DNA from: Raja brachyura | Taxonomy: Eukaryota | Length of the DNA stretch: 64,000 bases | Assembly (NCBI GenBank): GCA_963514005.1 | Contig: OY740795.1 | Location: forward strand, 40,114,001-40,178,000 | Reading direction: 5' to 3' | Part shown: positions 34,525-47,643 of the stretch, piece by piece | Numbering within the stretch: position 1 is the first letter of the stretch | How the letters are laid out: every line of letters begins with the position of its first letter | Made by a program: the position numbers and the translations under genes | Notes under the pieces: model-generated | What the model saw: the letters and a program-made list of their open reading frames with translations, nothing else | Database searches by the model: none | What the model was told of the DNA's origin: nothing

Positions 34525-37349
34525 AAGCCAATAGAACATACTTAAGCACATATGTGCCGGCAGTGAATAGCGCTGACAGGGGGATGTGAGAGCCAGCAAC
34601 TGAATCTGTTATTCAGGTAGGCCTATTCAACAGGGAAGAAAGCCTGGCAGATGAATCAATTAGGCCAATGGCGGGCAAAAGTCATCATTTCAGAACACAC
34701 CCCAGGCGCTCATCGGCAGTAAGCGGTTCACTGGAGCTGGGGGCAGCATGATAGCTCAGAAATTCCATGCACCTTACCAATCCTACTCAACAAAATGGGT
34801 CTAGCACTTCCAAAATATGGATAGTGCACTGTTCACAAGTTGTAATATTTACATTTGTTTTGTACAACACACAAAGGGTAAAAAGATCTGGTCGAGGCAC
34901 AGGCTGAGCATTCCAAGCAAGTTTGGATTATGGCCAGGGTTTTTTTTAAATATTAAGGTTTGGAAATTGGGCAAAAGTTCTCATGCAAACCACACATGGA
35001 ATAAGGCAGGAATGGCATGTTATTACTGTAATACAATACAAGGGATGTAATTAAAAAAATTAAAAAAATTAAAAATTAAAAAAAATAAGTCAATAGAACA
35101 TACTTAAGCACATATGTGCCGGCAGTGAATATGAACTTTCCGAATATGAAAACTTATTTTCCTGACTAACAACAGATTCATAAGGGTCAGAGATCCATGC
35201 TATGCAAATCCCATTACAGAGGTTATCAAAGACAATATAACTGTATTATAACAGTAAAGCTTTGGGGTATGGGATAAACTGTTTGTTGGTCATTGGGATT
35301 TACCTTTAATTATTATTAGCCTTGACTCCGTCTTGTGGCAAGAGATTGGAGTTATAGCAATCTATTTTAAAACTGAGTTTTATTTTCGTCAAGAGTAGTT
35401 GGCAATCTAGCAGCTGTGTTTCAGCCGAGCAAATCAAGGATCTGATATCGTGCAAGTAGCAATTAAACCATTGTTAACAACCTTATGCTATTGTCAGCTG
35501 AAGCTGCCTCAGTCACAATGATGACGTAACAGTATTTAGCATTGCTGAACATGACAATAACTAATTGAACTTGAACTTGAAACTCACTACAGTAGTCTGA
35601 TCGGTTGAATTCAGTTATGACAAACTGATGCTAGGACTCTAAGATGAGAAATTCCAAATACCATCACCGACTTCAAGGTATTTGAGATTGCATGAGTTAC
35701 CAATTCTTGAATTGTTTGTATCAACTAACTATATACACTAGATGCACCCCATGGGTAAGGGGCTATTGAGCGAATATACATATTCTACATGCTCAAATTC
35801 AAGTTGCTACTCTACGATGGTGACACATTAGTCACATGGTAATCAAGTAACAGTATCCTGTAATAATTACCTAAATCTCCTTTGCCACTGGTGTATCATC
35901 CAGTTCAGATCGATAACACAGAATAAGTGTTGGATTTCAAAGTATGATGAAAGTATGGTTCAATACTACATCGAATATCGACATGTTGGTGCATGTTTAT
36001 TCACTAATTGCAAAAATATGTGGCACAACAGTGCGGAGAAATACATTCTTCAATAGGAGGAATGGTCTTTTATGTCTTCCTCATTTTTGCCTCATTAGCC
36101 GGGTCTTAAAACAGTCAGCAAGACCTCGCTTGGGTTCGTACGGTCGGACTGGCCAAGCGTCCTTGTTGCCTGCTTCATCAGGCATTATGGCACAACGGTA
36201 TACGGTTGTTCCAAAAAACAAGAACTTGCTGTTTCAAGCTGTGGTTCAGGAGACCGGCCTTTGCACAGTAAAACAATTATTGACTTACACATTTTGAATG
36301 GATTGACTTATGCCTCAGGTTGTCACATCAAGACATGAAGGTGCTCACTGCAGTGTGCAGGGATAGCACCCAAAAAAGCAGTGCATTCCTATTGAGGGGA
36401 TCAGAAGTGTTTTTGTTAAATGTTAATGTTACATTTAATACGGTACAGATTACTGACATGTTCCAGTTCATTTTAAGTGGTATTTGACAATAATTCAGTT
36501 ATAGAGACACTACAGCAGCAATATAAGGGAACTACGCTGTCGGGTTCAACCCTTGTTAAAAGATCTTGACACAAGTTTTCCCACTACAAGATTATGCAGT
36601 TGGTTATTGAAAATGTGTGAACATTACTTCACCAAGGGGTTCCAGCTACATCCTTAGTTATGACACTTATATCAGCAAAATTACGGCAAACAATGCAAAC
36701 GCTGTGGCTGGATAGGATGGAATTGGCTGCAGGTGCCATTACATTTACATTCTGGTCTACACAAGCAGAGTAGACTAGGGGTGGCATGATTTAAGATCAT
36801 TTTCGGATACCCCACGGCCTCACGTCTATGTTACCATGCCCACCAGAATCCTAAGAAGTATGGAATCAGCATTGTTTATTAGTCAACAAACAACTACACA
36901 AAGGAAGGTCGGTTCAGACTATTTCAAGGTGGCTGCAGCAGGTTCTGGGTTATACAGGTATTAACACTGACGATTGTATATCTCTTTCCACCAGGTCAGC
37001 ATCAACGTCAGCGTATCATTTAGATATTGTGTTTACATCTCATTCCACTAGGGCAGCAGCTACTTCGGCGGCCAAGGCGAGGGACGTGCCCGTCGACCAT
37101 ATTTTGGCGGCCGCCGGATGGGCAAATGAGCTGATGTTTCAGAATTTCTATCAATGCTATTTTAAGTTATGTTTAAAGTACCCTGGGATAGAGGGGTACT
37201 GTTGTTTGTTTATATTTTTTAAATAAACTTTATTACTGCATTAAATGCAATGTTACTACTAATGCATTAATTTCTCATTTGAGTCAATCCATGCAGTGGG
37301 ATGCCGAGATTTGTAATCTGCGGCATGAAATCACAAAGCTTTGAACTCC

Positions 37350-37455
37350 TCATGGAATCACTCACGTGACTCCGAAGTAAAATAGTAAGTTTAAATGGGA
37401 ACTTACCAGTTTGAAGTTTGATCTTGATTTTATGAGGAGTTACGTTGGTGATTAC
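37350..37455 (+). repeat. ICR of DIRS-B
   Basis: 37350-37382 is the exact reverse complement of 26403-26435; 37381-37455 matches the reverse complement of 37606-37680 at 73/75. Confidence 0.95.
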
Positions 37456-38822
37456 GAGCCCGCTATGCCCAACCCTCTCTCATAAAGGATCATCTGGTAG
37501 TTCCCGAGTCACGCATCTTACTATGTCACTTCGGTGTTGTTATTTGTGATTTCATACCACTGCTTTGAAGATTGGTGTGCAGGTGGCCTGGAGGGTCTTC
37601 TTCATGTAATCACCAACGTAACTCCTCATAAAATCAAGATCAAACTTCAAACTGGTAAGTTCTCATTTAATCTTACTATTCTTTGAAATTTTCACTGGCA
37701 CTGTTCTAAGGAAGAGCTTGAGTATTATTACCGATGACTTGCTTTCTATTGACAACTTGAGAAAGATTTTCACCTGTTGGTTTCAGAGGAAATTCATCCC
37801 AAATGATGCACTGTGATAGATATTCAACCTAACATTTATTAATTATTTGTGTCCTCATTTCTGTGAATGAGACTGTTTTGTTTGAATACCTATGAATTGT
37901 TTAAGCTCACTGTGTGTGTCCATCAATAATGTACTTCAAATAGAAAGTTTTTAATTAAGCATATGAAGAATTGATTTAATTTGAATAATAAATGCCAAAT
38001 ATTAACTATTTCAAATGATGAATTAACATTTCCATTCCATGGAGCTGTGTCATATATTCATTGAGATGATTTAATTAAGCTGAAAAACATATATAGAATA
38101 ATACATCAGCGTGCCTGTATCTCTCTCCTTCATTTATCTTACAATTAAATGCTCCCCCTTTATTATTATACCCTTTGTTCTCTTCTGCCAATTAGCTTTC
38201 GTTCCTCCTTGCTTGCTGAATTTTGTAATGTTCATGAATTGCTTTCTCAGGTTTAACACGTTCTTTTGTTTTACTTGCATTTAGTAAAGTATTTTTGTTG
38301 GCATTATCCATTTTATGATCCATTCCTTTGTGCCACGAACAGTGGAATAAGATTACAGTGGCTTGACCTGAAGATGCATCCTTTCTTGAAATGCAGGCAC
38401 CTTCCCTGAAGAAATTTCTGTAAATATGCATGTAAATTACATCTCTGAAGCAGCTGTCTGTTACTTTGACAGTATGTGTGCAAGGATTTTTCTAAAGCCT
38501 TTTATATGCCCTAGAGTTCAAAAGGCAAGGGTCAGTTGCATCAACTGTCAAGATGTAAAGTGGAGCTTGTCAGCACACGCAGAGTTACAAATTGACACTG
38601 TGTACATTTCCTTCCATCTGCCACTTGGCTCCTCTGCACAAAACATGGTTTGCATTCCTTTCTCTTTTGCTTTCTCTTATTTTGACAATAAATTCCGCTT
38701 TGTTAACAATCTCTTTGAGTACTTCCATGACATGTCAACGTGCCAGTTAGGTAAAGTGACTTCTTTCAGAATTTGGATATGTGCTACTGGTGTACTGATA
38801 TAGTTTGAGATGCTCAAAGATA

Positions 38823-39386
38823 AAGAAGGGTCTCGACCCGAAACGCCTATTCCTTTTCTCCAGAGATGCTGTCAGACCCGCAGAGTTACTCCAGCTTTCT
38901 GTGTCTACGTTTGGTTTAAACCAGCATCTGCAGTTCCTTCCTACACAAAATAAAATCTATATGTTTCTGTGTCTGCATATACACGTTTTTGGCTTGCGCA
39001 TTGCTTTTCAAGCACGTAACCCCCGCGTAAAACATGAGGTGCCTGTACACTGATTCTAGCTGAAGACACCGATGTCCTGGCATCTAATTGTTCAGAAATG
39101 CTGGCGCAGCATCTGGCTCACTCATTGACGTGGAATGTGACCATGGGTGCAGCGCCAGGGATCTGGGGCTAGGGGCCTGGCAGTGGGTTAGGTGTGGGGC
39201 AGGTATTAGAGTTGGGATCCAGGACACTACAGAGAAGGAATGGGTGACGTTTCGGGTTGAGACGCTTTTTCTCGACCCAAAATGCCACCCATTCATTTTC
39301 TCCAGAGATGCTGCCGATCCCGCTGAGTTACTGCAGCATTGTGTGTCTATCTTCGATTTAAACCAGCATCTGCAGTTCTTTCTTCA
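38823..39386. mobile_element. Two Penelope-type terminal repeats (38823-38946 and ~39230-39386)
   Basis: AAGAAGGGTCTCGACCCGAAACG...CTCCAGAGATGCTG...GAGTTACTCCAGC...AAACCAGCATCTGCAGTTC; second copy has an inverted 5' arm. Confidence 0.7.
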
Positions 39387-40049
39387 CAGGATCATTGGTT
39401 TAGGTTTAGCTTTATTATTGTCATATGTACCAAGGCACAATGAAAAGCTGTTGCTTGCATGCTATCCAATCAAATCAGATAATACTCTGCATTAATACAA
39501 TCAAGCCAGGCATGTATACAACAGGTAGAGCGAAGGTTTAGATGGGTAGATTAGCAGATAGAGCCAGGGTCTAGGGGACGAGTATATTTCCCACTCCCGT
39601 TACACTCACCAGGTTCACTTTAAAATGTATTATGTTACCGCATAAGGTGTAAAAACATGAAATAGTATTAATGGGAGTAACATCCAATAGTCTCGAAAAA
39701 ATGTATGATCGGCACCACCAACCTCGCAAGCCTGTTAAATTATTGTAATGTTACTGCACCTCTTATTTACATAATGAAGTGTCCAAAGTCTGCAATAGAA
39801 GCATTAACTCGCTGGTTAGCGATCAAGAGCTTAATAAATGTAATCTTGAAAGAGGTAGTTGAGAAATGAGGTTTAACAGCACACTAGGAAAACATGCTGA
39901 AGGCACGAAAAGTACTTGGGAAGTAAAATTTATGAAAATCTAAACGTATACATTTGGAACAAGAGGAAAGAGTGGGGCTATTAATAATCAAACGACCAAT
40001 TCACATGTGGATGGGCAAGTTGTGGACTATATTCTTAATGTTTATGACT

Positions 40050-41590
40050 GCCTTCACAAAAGGTGAAGGTGAAATCAAGCTTATAGTTAAAGGCAAAAGA
40101 TAATGATATATTGGATGGGGTAAACTCAGTAAAAAAAATTATATTAAAGCCCTTATTATCTTTGAAAATGGGTAAAGTGCAAGGTTTGGATGAAGAAAAT
40201 CCCAAATTACCAAAAGAAACAAATGAGGAAATAATAGCATGTCTGATTTTACTTTTTCAATTCTCTTTACCTATAAAAGTGGAATTAGTGGAACTGATCC
40301 CAGCTAACCATGTTAAACGAAAGAAGTAGGAATAAACTATGTAATTGCAAACTAGTTAGGTTAAACTTTGGTGGAATCCATTTGAAGGGAAGGTGGCACA
40401 GATTAATTGGGCAATATTGATTCAGGAGAGATAATCAGGAGAGCAGATGAGGGAAGCAGTTTAACGCAGTGGACATGGACATTTGCAAGGCACTGACAAA
40501 GTCCCACTTAGCTGTTTTAAAAAAAAAGGCCTGTGGGATCCAAAGGAGACAAGCAAATTGGACCAAAATTGGCAGGAGGCAACATTTTAGAGTTGACAAG
40601 TGCTTACATAGCTGCTATAGCTCTCTATCTGGTCCCTTCCATTGTAATATATATTAATGATGTACATGAAAGTGCTGGGGGCATGATGAAAGGATTTACA
40701 AATGATTTAAATAAAATATATAGAGCAATGCAACATGGTAACAGGCCTAAGATAGACACAAAATGTTGAACATCACCCATTCCTTTTCTCCAGAGATGCT
40801 GCCTGTCCCGTTGAGTTACTCCAGCATTTTGTGTTTATCTTTGGTTTAAAACAGCATCTGCAGTTCTCCCCTACACATGGTAACAGGCCTTTTGGCCCGA
40901 GTTGTCCATGCAGGCCAATCCATGCAGCTGACAATGAAGGAAAGCATGATATTGCAAAAAGGTATAGATTATCTGGTAAATTGAGCAGATGGAATTTGAT
41001 TCAGAACTAATGCATTTAGCAAGATGCAACTGGACAAGGGAATATACCATAAATGGGAGGGTAGTGAATGCAGCTGAGGAACAAAGGGACGTTGGTGTGT
41101 GTGCACAGATTGTTAAAGGCAGCAGGAAAAAGCCATAAAAGGCTAAATTGGCATATGGGATGCTATGCTTTATTAGGTGCGGCAAAAAATATAAAAATAG
41201 GAAAGTAACAGTAAAACAGTACACGGCACTAGTCAGGCCACAGCTTGCACATTGCATACAGTTCAGGTCACACACTGGAGAGCATGCAGAGGAGATTTAT
41301 TATTATTGTATTGAATAGGGTGAGATTGTTTGCTGAGGGACAAAGGGGAGTCTGAGGAGAGACTTAATTGGGCCATATAAAATTATGAAGGGCCTAGAAA
41401 AGAATAAACCCTTTCCCTGTAACAGAGGGGTCAAATATGAGGATGCATAGCTTTTGGGGGGGATTCAATTTAGAATTTGAGGGGAGATTATGAAAAGCTT
41501 TCTCACACAGAATGTAGTAGAGATCTGAAACTCTCAGCTGGAAACAGTGGTGAAGGCAGAAACCCCATCTTTTTAAACGTTTAGATGTTA
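40050..41590 (+). mobile_element. Old, heavily degraded CR1 ORF2 with younger nested insertions at ~40720-40925
   Basis: Remnants MDICKALTKSH, IYINDV, YTALVRPQLAHCIQF, TQNVV; interrupted by a minus-strand CR1/SINE tail. Confidence 0.65.
40749..40874. mobile_element. Penelope-type mini-insertion with 16-bp TSD
   Basis: ACATGGTAACAGGCCT at 40733-40748 and 40875-40890; short inverted AGACACAAAATG arm. Confidence 0.78.
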
Positions 41591-43299
41591 GAAGGAGAAA
41601 TTAAGCTGGATTTTTTTTCAATTAGTATTATAAATTCATGTTGTAGGAGAAAAATTAGGCCATTCGGCCCATCGAGTCTACTCGTCATTCAATCATGATT
41701 AATCAATCTTCACCTCTCAATCCCATTCCTCCGTCTTCTCCCCATAAGCCCTGACACCTGCACAAATCAACAATTAGTATCAGCCCAATGGGTCCAAACA
41801 TCCTCCTTTTGAGTTGTTTATTAATAGAATATTTATCACTCAGTTCGTGCAATCGATTTTTTTAAATTCTCTAATTATATTGATGTGCTCACCTGAATCC
41901 TCTGAATAGAGGGTGTCTTTCCCTCTGTTCATGTGAGCCAGTCTTTTTTGCTTGCTACACTGCACTGTTCTTCCGTTTCTTATATTTACTTCCATTACTA
42001 CTACCATAAGTTGGTCTCCTTCCATGCCACCTCGGTACACTGTTTCCAGTCTAGACTTATGTTAATAAACTGAGTTGGGGTCCTTGCTCCATTCTACTTC
42101 CTCTGCTTTTCAACGCTGAGGTTCTAGCTGGTGAACAATCTCATCAGGTTCAGGAATCGATCCCTGGGCTGTGACAACAAGCTTCCACAATTCACCTCAA
42201 TGAGCTCTCGAATGGAAAACAAAACTGGCCACAGTTACAGTTCATGATCATTATTGAGTGACCTGTGCTGCAATGTAAACTTAAGGAAGAAGCTCAGGTT
42301 AAGCTCAGCTTTGATGTAACACAGCCATTTGTCCTGCTAAGAGATCTTTGCTAAATTTACTTCTAAGGAATACACTTTTGTTGAAACTCCTGATAGGTGC
42401 CGATACTTTTAGATCCTGGTACCTTTTAGTCCTAACGTCGTTCTCTGGAACAATGTTGCAGCCTTTCAAAGACTGTTGATCTTTCCTGTGATGCAGTGCC
42501 TGGTCGACTCTAATTGGAACATTATGTAGCATCAAACATGTAGGTAGTCCAGCTCCTCGTGAAAAGTTGTACATTTCATTACCTACATAATTGTTTTCTT
42601 TTAAATGTATCTATTAATGTGCGTACAAGATAGAATTCAACCTTATCATATTGTTAAACAGCAGAGGCAAGGCTAGTGAGATGATTAGAAGGAACAGAAA
42701 TCTTTAAATTACGCTGGGAGGTAATTCCAATAGATTTGTTGTCAGTGGCCTTGCAACATTGTTTACTTCAAAGCTATTGAAAATGGACAGAGTGAAGTGT
42801 GATATGAACATTTCTGGGCCATTTTGCATTGTTTTGGATATTTGACAGCACCCTTCTTGGCACAAAACATGCTGCTGCATCAACAACAACTGCACAACAA
42901 AGTATTATCTGAGTGTTGTTGTTCATTACTTGTGCTCAAGTAACCCAATTACATCATGTTTACAGTATTGCGATGCTAATGGAGGTGGCTGATTAGACTA
43001 TTCTGGGCTTCAAAGTTTCTTTCACATGGGCGATGCTGTATGAGGAATAGGGATGCTGTAACATCAGTGATTCTTGATTTTTGAGATTCCCCTTTCCTCT
43101 TTCCCTCCTCCATTTGAGCTTCCTCATTTGTGCACAAACCATTTTTCACTCGGGGTTGCCAACAGGAATATTCAATACTTGCTATTCCCAGTAGTATGTA
43201 TCAATGTTGACACTCTTCAGGGCTGTTTGTTTTAAGACAATCCTTGAATCTCTTCCTCAGTCCATCATATGATTGCTTGTCCTCAACCAGGTCTCTGTA

Positions 43300-45090
43300 A
43301 TGTAACTGCTTTGTCAGCTTGAGTCTATTGTCATGTGCATGAGAATGGTGAGGTACAGGTACAATGGAATTCTTGCTTACAGCACCATCACAGGCACATG
43401 AATTCATGTTCATAGGTGATAGGAGTGGAAGTAGGCCATTCGGCCCACCATTCAATCATGGCTGATCTATCTCCCCCTCAACCCCCAATCTCCTGCCTAA
43501 TCCCTATAACCCCTGACACCCATACTAATCAAGAATCTACCTATCTCTGCCTTAGAAATACCCATTGTCTTGGCCTCCACAGCCTCCTGTGGCAATGAAT
43601 TCCACAGATTCACCACGGACAATACACAAAACATAAATTATACTTTGCAATGAAAAGCAAAAGACTGTGGCAAAACAGGACATTTAGAAATTAAAAGAAA
43701 AACAAATAGCAAATACCCCCATGGTAGTGCAAGAGGTGGTCCTTGGTGTTCCGTTACCAAAATGGGATTAGGATTGTGCAGACCTTTTCAGGAACCTGAT
43801 GAGTGGAGGAAAGTATCTGTCCCTGAATTTGCTCATCCTTTCAACAGTCCACCTGTGGGTGTGTGTGTGTAGAGTATTTGGTAACATATCAAATCCATTT
43901 AACCATCTAAGAAAGTTGGGGCACTGGTGGCTGTCTACATGATTACACCTCTATGATAGGCCTCAGATGCTAAAGCCCAGAAATTTGAAACTGCTAAAGG
44001 GCCTGTCCCAGTTGGCCATCATTTTCGCGACAGGCCAGTAGTGACGGACGCATGAGAGTCGCGCGCGCCATCATGCGTCCGCACAGCTGTCTGCAATACG
44101 TGACATGGGACAGGCCCTTAACTCTCTCCACCACTGACTCATCAATGAAATCTGGCACATTGTCTCCTCATTATTAATTTGTGAAGCCAACAACTCATTC
44201 CTCTGAGCAAGAGGTTGTTGGTTTGACATTGTTCAGCAAGGTGTTCTGTACACATCACCATCAGTGATTCAACCAAAAATATGGGTGTCATCAGTGAATT
44301 TATAATGGTATTGGAGTTACGTTTAGCCACACAGTCATGAGTTCAAAGAGAGTAGAGCAAGGGGAAAATGCAGCCTTGAGGTGGATCTGTGTTGTTGGTC
44401 AATGAGAAGGAGATGTTGTTACTGATCTGCACTAATTAAGAACTGCTGAATGAGGAAGTCAAGGATCAAGTTGCAAAGGGAGGTAGAAGGCCCAGGACTT
44501 GCACCTTGGTGATAAATTTGGTGCAGATGATTGTGCTGAATGCTGAGCTATAGTTAATGTGCAATAGCTTGATCTATGTGATCATGCAACCCAGCTGGTC
44601 CAGAACCGAGCAGAGAGCCAGTGAGACAGTATCTGGTGCTGACCCGTTGTAGTGATAGGGAAATTGAAGAAGATACAGATGATTTCTGAAGTACAAATTG
44701 ATTCATGCCATAACCAACATCACGAATCATTTTGTTACAATGAATGTAAGTGCTCCAAGTCAGCGATCATTGAGCCAGTTCACCATGCTTTTGTTGGGCA
44801 CCAGTATGATAGATGCCCCTTTGAAACACGCAGGTAGCTCTAGCCAGTTGGTCCGCACATATCTTTAACACTCATTCAGGTACGCTGTGTGGCTCTGGTA
44901 TCGGCCTCAGTGGATCATCAAGGGCTGTGAAGGTGTGCTAGTTTCCTCCCTTTCAAAGTATGTACAAAAGGTATTGAATTCATCCAGAAGTGTTGTGTTA
45001 TGGCCGGTCACGCTACCTGGCTTTGACTTGTAGGAACTGATAGCGTGCAAGCTGCGTCACAGCTGTTGAGTGTCCATCTGTGAGTCTGAT
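43300..45090 (-). mobile_element. Old Rex1/Babar LINE remnant, with a CR1 tail at ~43410-43615 and a MITE inserted
   Basis: Minus-strand remnants of FSSAFSTII, CNLILDFL, PQGC, VERVSSFKFLG; tail AAGAATTCCATTGT...GACAATA. Confidence 0.6.
43998..44118. mobile_element. PIF/Harbinger-type MITE (121 bp)
   Basis: 13-bp TIR AGGGCCTGTCCCA/TGGGACAGGCCCT, TAA TSD (43995-43997, 44119-44121); removing it restores the Rex1 sequence. Confidence 0.88.
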
Positions 45091-45917
45091 TTAGAATTGC
45101 CCCAGGATACTAAATATATCCTGATGGTAGAATATATTTAGTTTCCTGTCCACAGATATTCTTCTGCTATGTACTGCCCACCTGATCTCTGCTTCTTTTT
45201 ACATTATGCAAATGCTGCGGAGGTTTGTTTGGATCAGAATCTTGTCTTTCCATTTGCTGTGCAGGCAGGTCATGTGGAAGTGGTTAAGCTGCCTGGCATG
45301 TCTGTCATCCATGTCTCACAAGCATACAGTAAGTTGGGTAAGACAATCGCACAATTCAGCTTCTTCTTTAGGCTTATTCTTCTTCATTCCCACACGTTCC
45401 CTGTTAGTCTTCCAAAGGCAGAGCTGGTTGTTTCTATCGTACTGTGGGCTCGTCATCAGTCTTGAGAGAATGGCGCCAAGGTGTGTGAACTTGTCCAAGA
45501 GTGAAAACCTTTGACTATTCTCATGGATGTTTGGTTCTATGCATGGGGTTTTTGGTTGGTTTATAATTTCAGGGTTTTTGGTGCAAATTGTAAGGCCAAA
45601 ATAGTCATAGACACTGGCATTTTTTACAAGCTTTCCTACATATCAGCTTCTGAGCTTACATTGAGTACAGAGTCTTCAGAGAAGAGGAAATCCCTTAAGC
45701 TGGTTTCTCATACCTTGGTTTTGGTATCTAAGTGTTGATCCCACCTTTAAAAAAAAATCAGAGTAGACATCAAACAGCATTATGGAGAATATCTGACTGA
45801 CCAGTGCAGGAGCAAGCAAATAGCTTTATTACACACCATTGGTGACCAGAAATGTGTCTGAGGATTCTCCATTATCCATTATTCTAACTATTATTCTGTT
45901 GTGTATTTTATTTTAAG

Positions 45918-46199
45918 AGATACAGCATGGAAACAGACCATTTGGCCCACCGAGTCAGCGCCAACCATCGATCACTTGTACACTATTTATATTGTGTACT
46001 CTAGGGACAATTTACACAAGCCAATCAACCTACAAACCTGCACGTCGTTGGAAAGTGGGAGCAAACTGGAGTACCCAGAGAAAACCCACGAGGTCACAGG
46101 GAGAATGTGCATACTCCACACAGACAGCACCCATTGTCAGGATTGCACATGGGTCTCTGGCGCTGTAAAGCAGCAACTTTACCACGGTGCCACTGTGCA
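45918..46199 (-). mobile_element. V-SINE (HE1-like)
   Basis: Reverse strand: GCACAGTGGCACCGTGGTAAAGTTGCTGC head, GTGTGGAGTATGCACATTCTCCCTGTGACCTCGTGGGTTTTCTC V-domain, CR1-like tail. Confidence 0.8.
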
Positions 46200-47556
46200 G
46201 CTATCAGAGAATTGTCAACAAAGTTTTTTTGGCAGCCATACTTGCCAGGATCTTCCAAAGGCACTCACGGTGAACATTGTCAAAAGATTTAATGAGAGCG
46301 ATAATGAGTGGTGAACAAGTGTAGTTTCATTCTTGGCACTTCTCTTGGACTTATTTTGCTGGAAGCCGCGTCTACTATTGCACCCCCTTCACAATGGCTG
46401 TTTTGGAAGCAGGCCTCCGTCAAGATGAGTGATGAGTTTGTTTAACGGGACTCCGTTCAGCAGTATAGAGTATAGATATTCCTCTGTGATTATTGCAGAC
46501 TTGTTGGTTCCCCTCACAGTTGTACAGGTGTGTAGTTTTGGCATCCTTGATGTTTAGGTGTGCATTTTTCTTGTTCCGTAGCTTCCAGATAAGTAGCTCT
46601 GTCACTTTCTCAATCAACAATAGGCCCCCTTCTTTAAAGGCTTCTGCGTCTGCTCCTCGAGCTTCTCCACAAGAATAAATGAATGAATGAATAAGTTTAT
46701 TGGCCAAGTATTTACACATACAAGGAATTTGCCTTTGTGCTCCGCTCGCAAGGAACAACAATTGTGACACTGACTATTGAACTTTCACTCGGTCTGTGGG
46801 TTAAGCAAGAGCAAGAAACTTCATATTACAACCCCACAAGGAAATCCAATCCTTATCCTTTGTACGCTTGCTAATTCCATTATCCAATCCTCAAATGTTT
46901 AACTCTTTGAACTCACTGACAACCCTAATTCTTTGTTTTTTAACTAGCCCAACTGCAAGACTCCCGTCATTTTCTGATAGATGATCGACCAGACTCTCTG
47001 ATTAAGGACCCACCATCCATCTCTTACTGTGAGGTACTAATGTCCAGTCAGCTGATTTTTCCCATCACACCTCAAGTCCCAATTATTGTTTTCAATGCCA
47101 GCAACACCCATACTCAGCCAGGCCTCCATTTGGTTGCATCGTCCCCAGGTCCCTCTGAGTGGCCACTCTCAGCCACCATCCCACATCCTCCAAACACCCA
47201 GGATGCAACCTTGCTTTTGATCTCCGTAATTTTCTTCATTATTATAAAGCATGCAAAGGATATATGTAGTGGCTATTCACCAAAGACCAGGTATGCTGCA
47301 AAACAAGCATACCTGTAGAGCAGCAACTGACACAACAAACAACAACTTCTAGCAACATGCATTTTCATTTTTAAATAGATAGAATTAAGGAGAAAATTGG
47401 GCCAAATTTCATCTATGCCAGACTTCCTCTATCACTCTACCCACTTAAATCTACTAGTCGACTAGTATTAAAAAAAGCAATGAACAATAGATGTGGTAAA
47501 TCTGAAAGATACAATTAAAAATGCCAGAAATATTCAGTAGCTCAAAGCAGCAAGTA

Positions 47557-47575
47557 AGGAGAGAGACAGTCAGAC

Positions 47576-47641
<66 letters not shown>
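47557..47641. repeat. (GA)n/(GACA)n microsatellite
   Basis: Direct observation. Confidence 0.95.

Positions 47642-47643
<2 letters not shown>

Larger units (their letters stand above)
26403..37680 (+). mobile_element. Second DIRS1-type element (DIRS-B): preserved termini/ICR, decayed coding region, interrupted by L1b
   Basis: Left end TTTTACTTCGGAGTCACGTGAGTGA; ICR 37350-37455; right end ...AATCTTACTATT; remnants LPHFCLISRVL (MT region, ~36070) and SHSTRAAATS...AGWANE...FY (YR, 37029-37150). Confidence 0.92.

Noticed and set aside
37760-38800. Repeat-poor AT-rich stretch as conserved non-coding element or exon
   Set aside because: Conservation cannot be assessed from one sequence; short ORFs have no recognisable motifs
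41890-42590. Complex-looking minus-strand segment with acceptor-like and CAG|GTGAGC sites
   Set aside because: The ORF track shows only short ORFs and I recognise no domain; cannot distinguish lncRNA exon from old repeat
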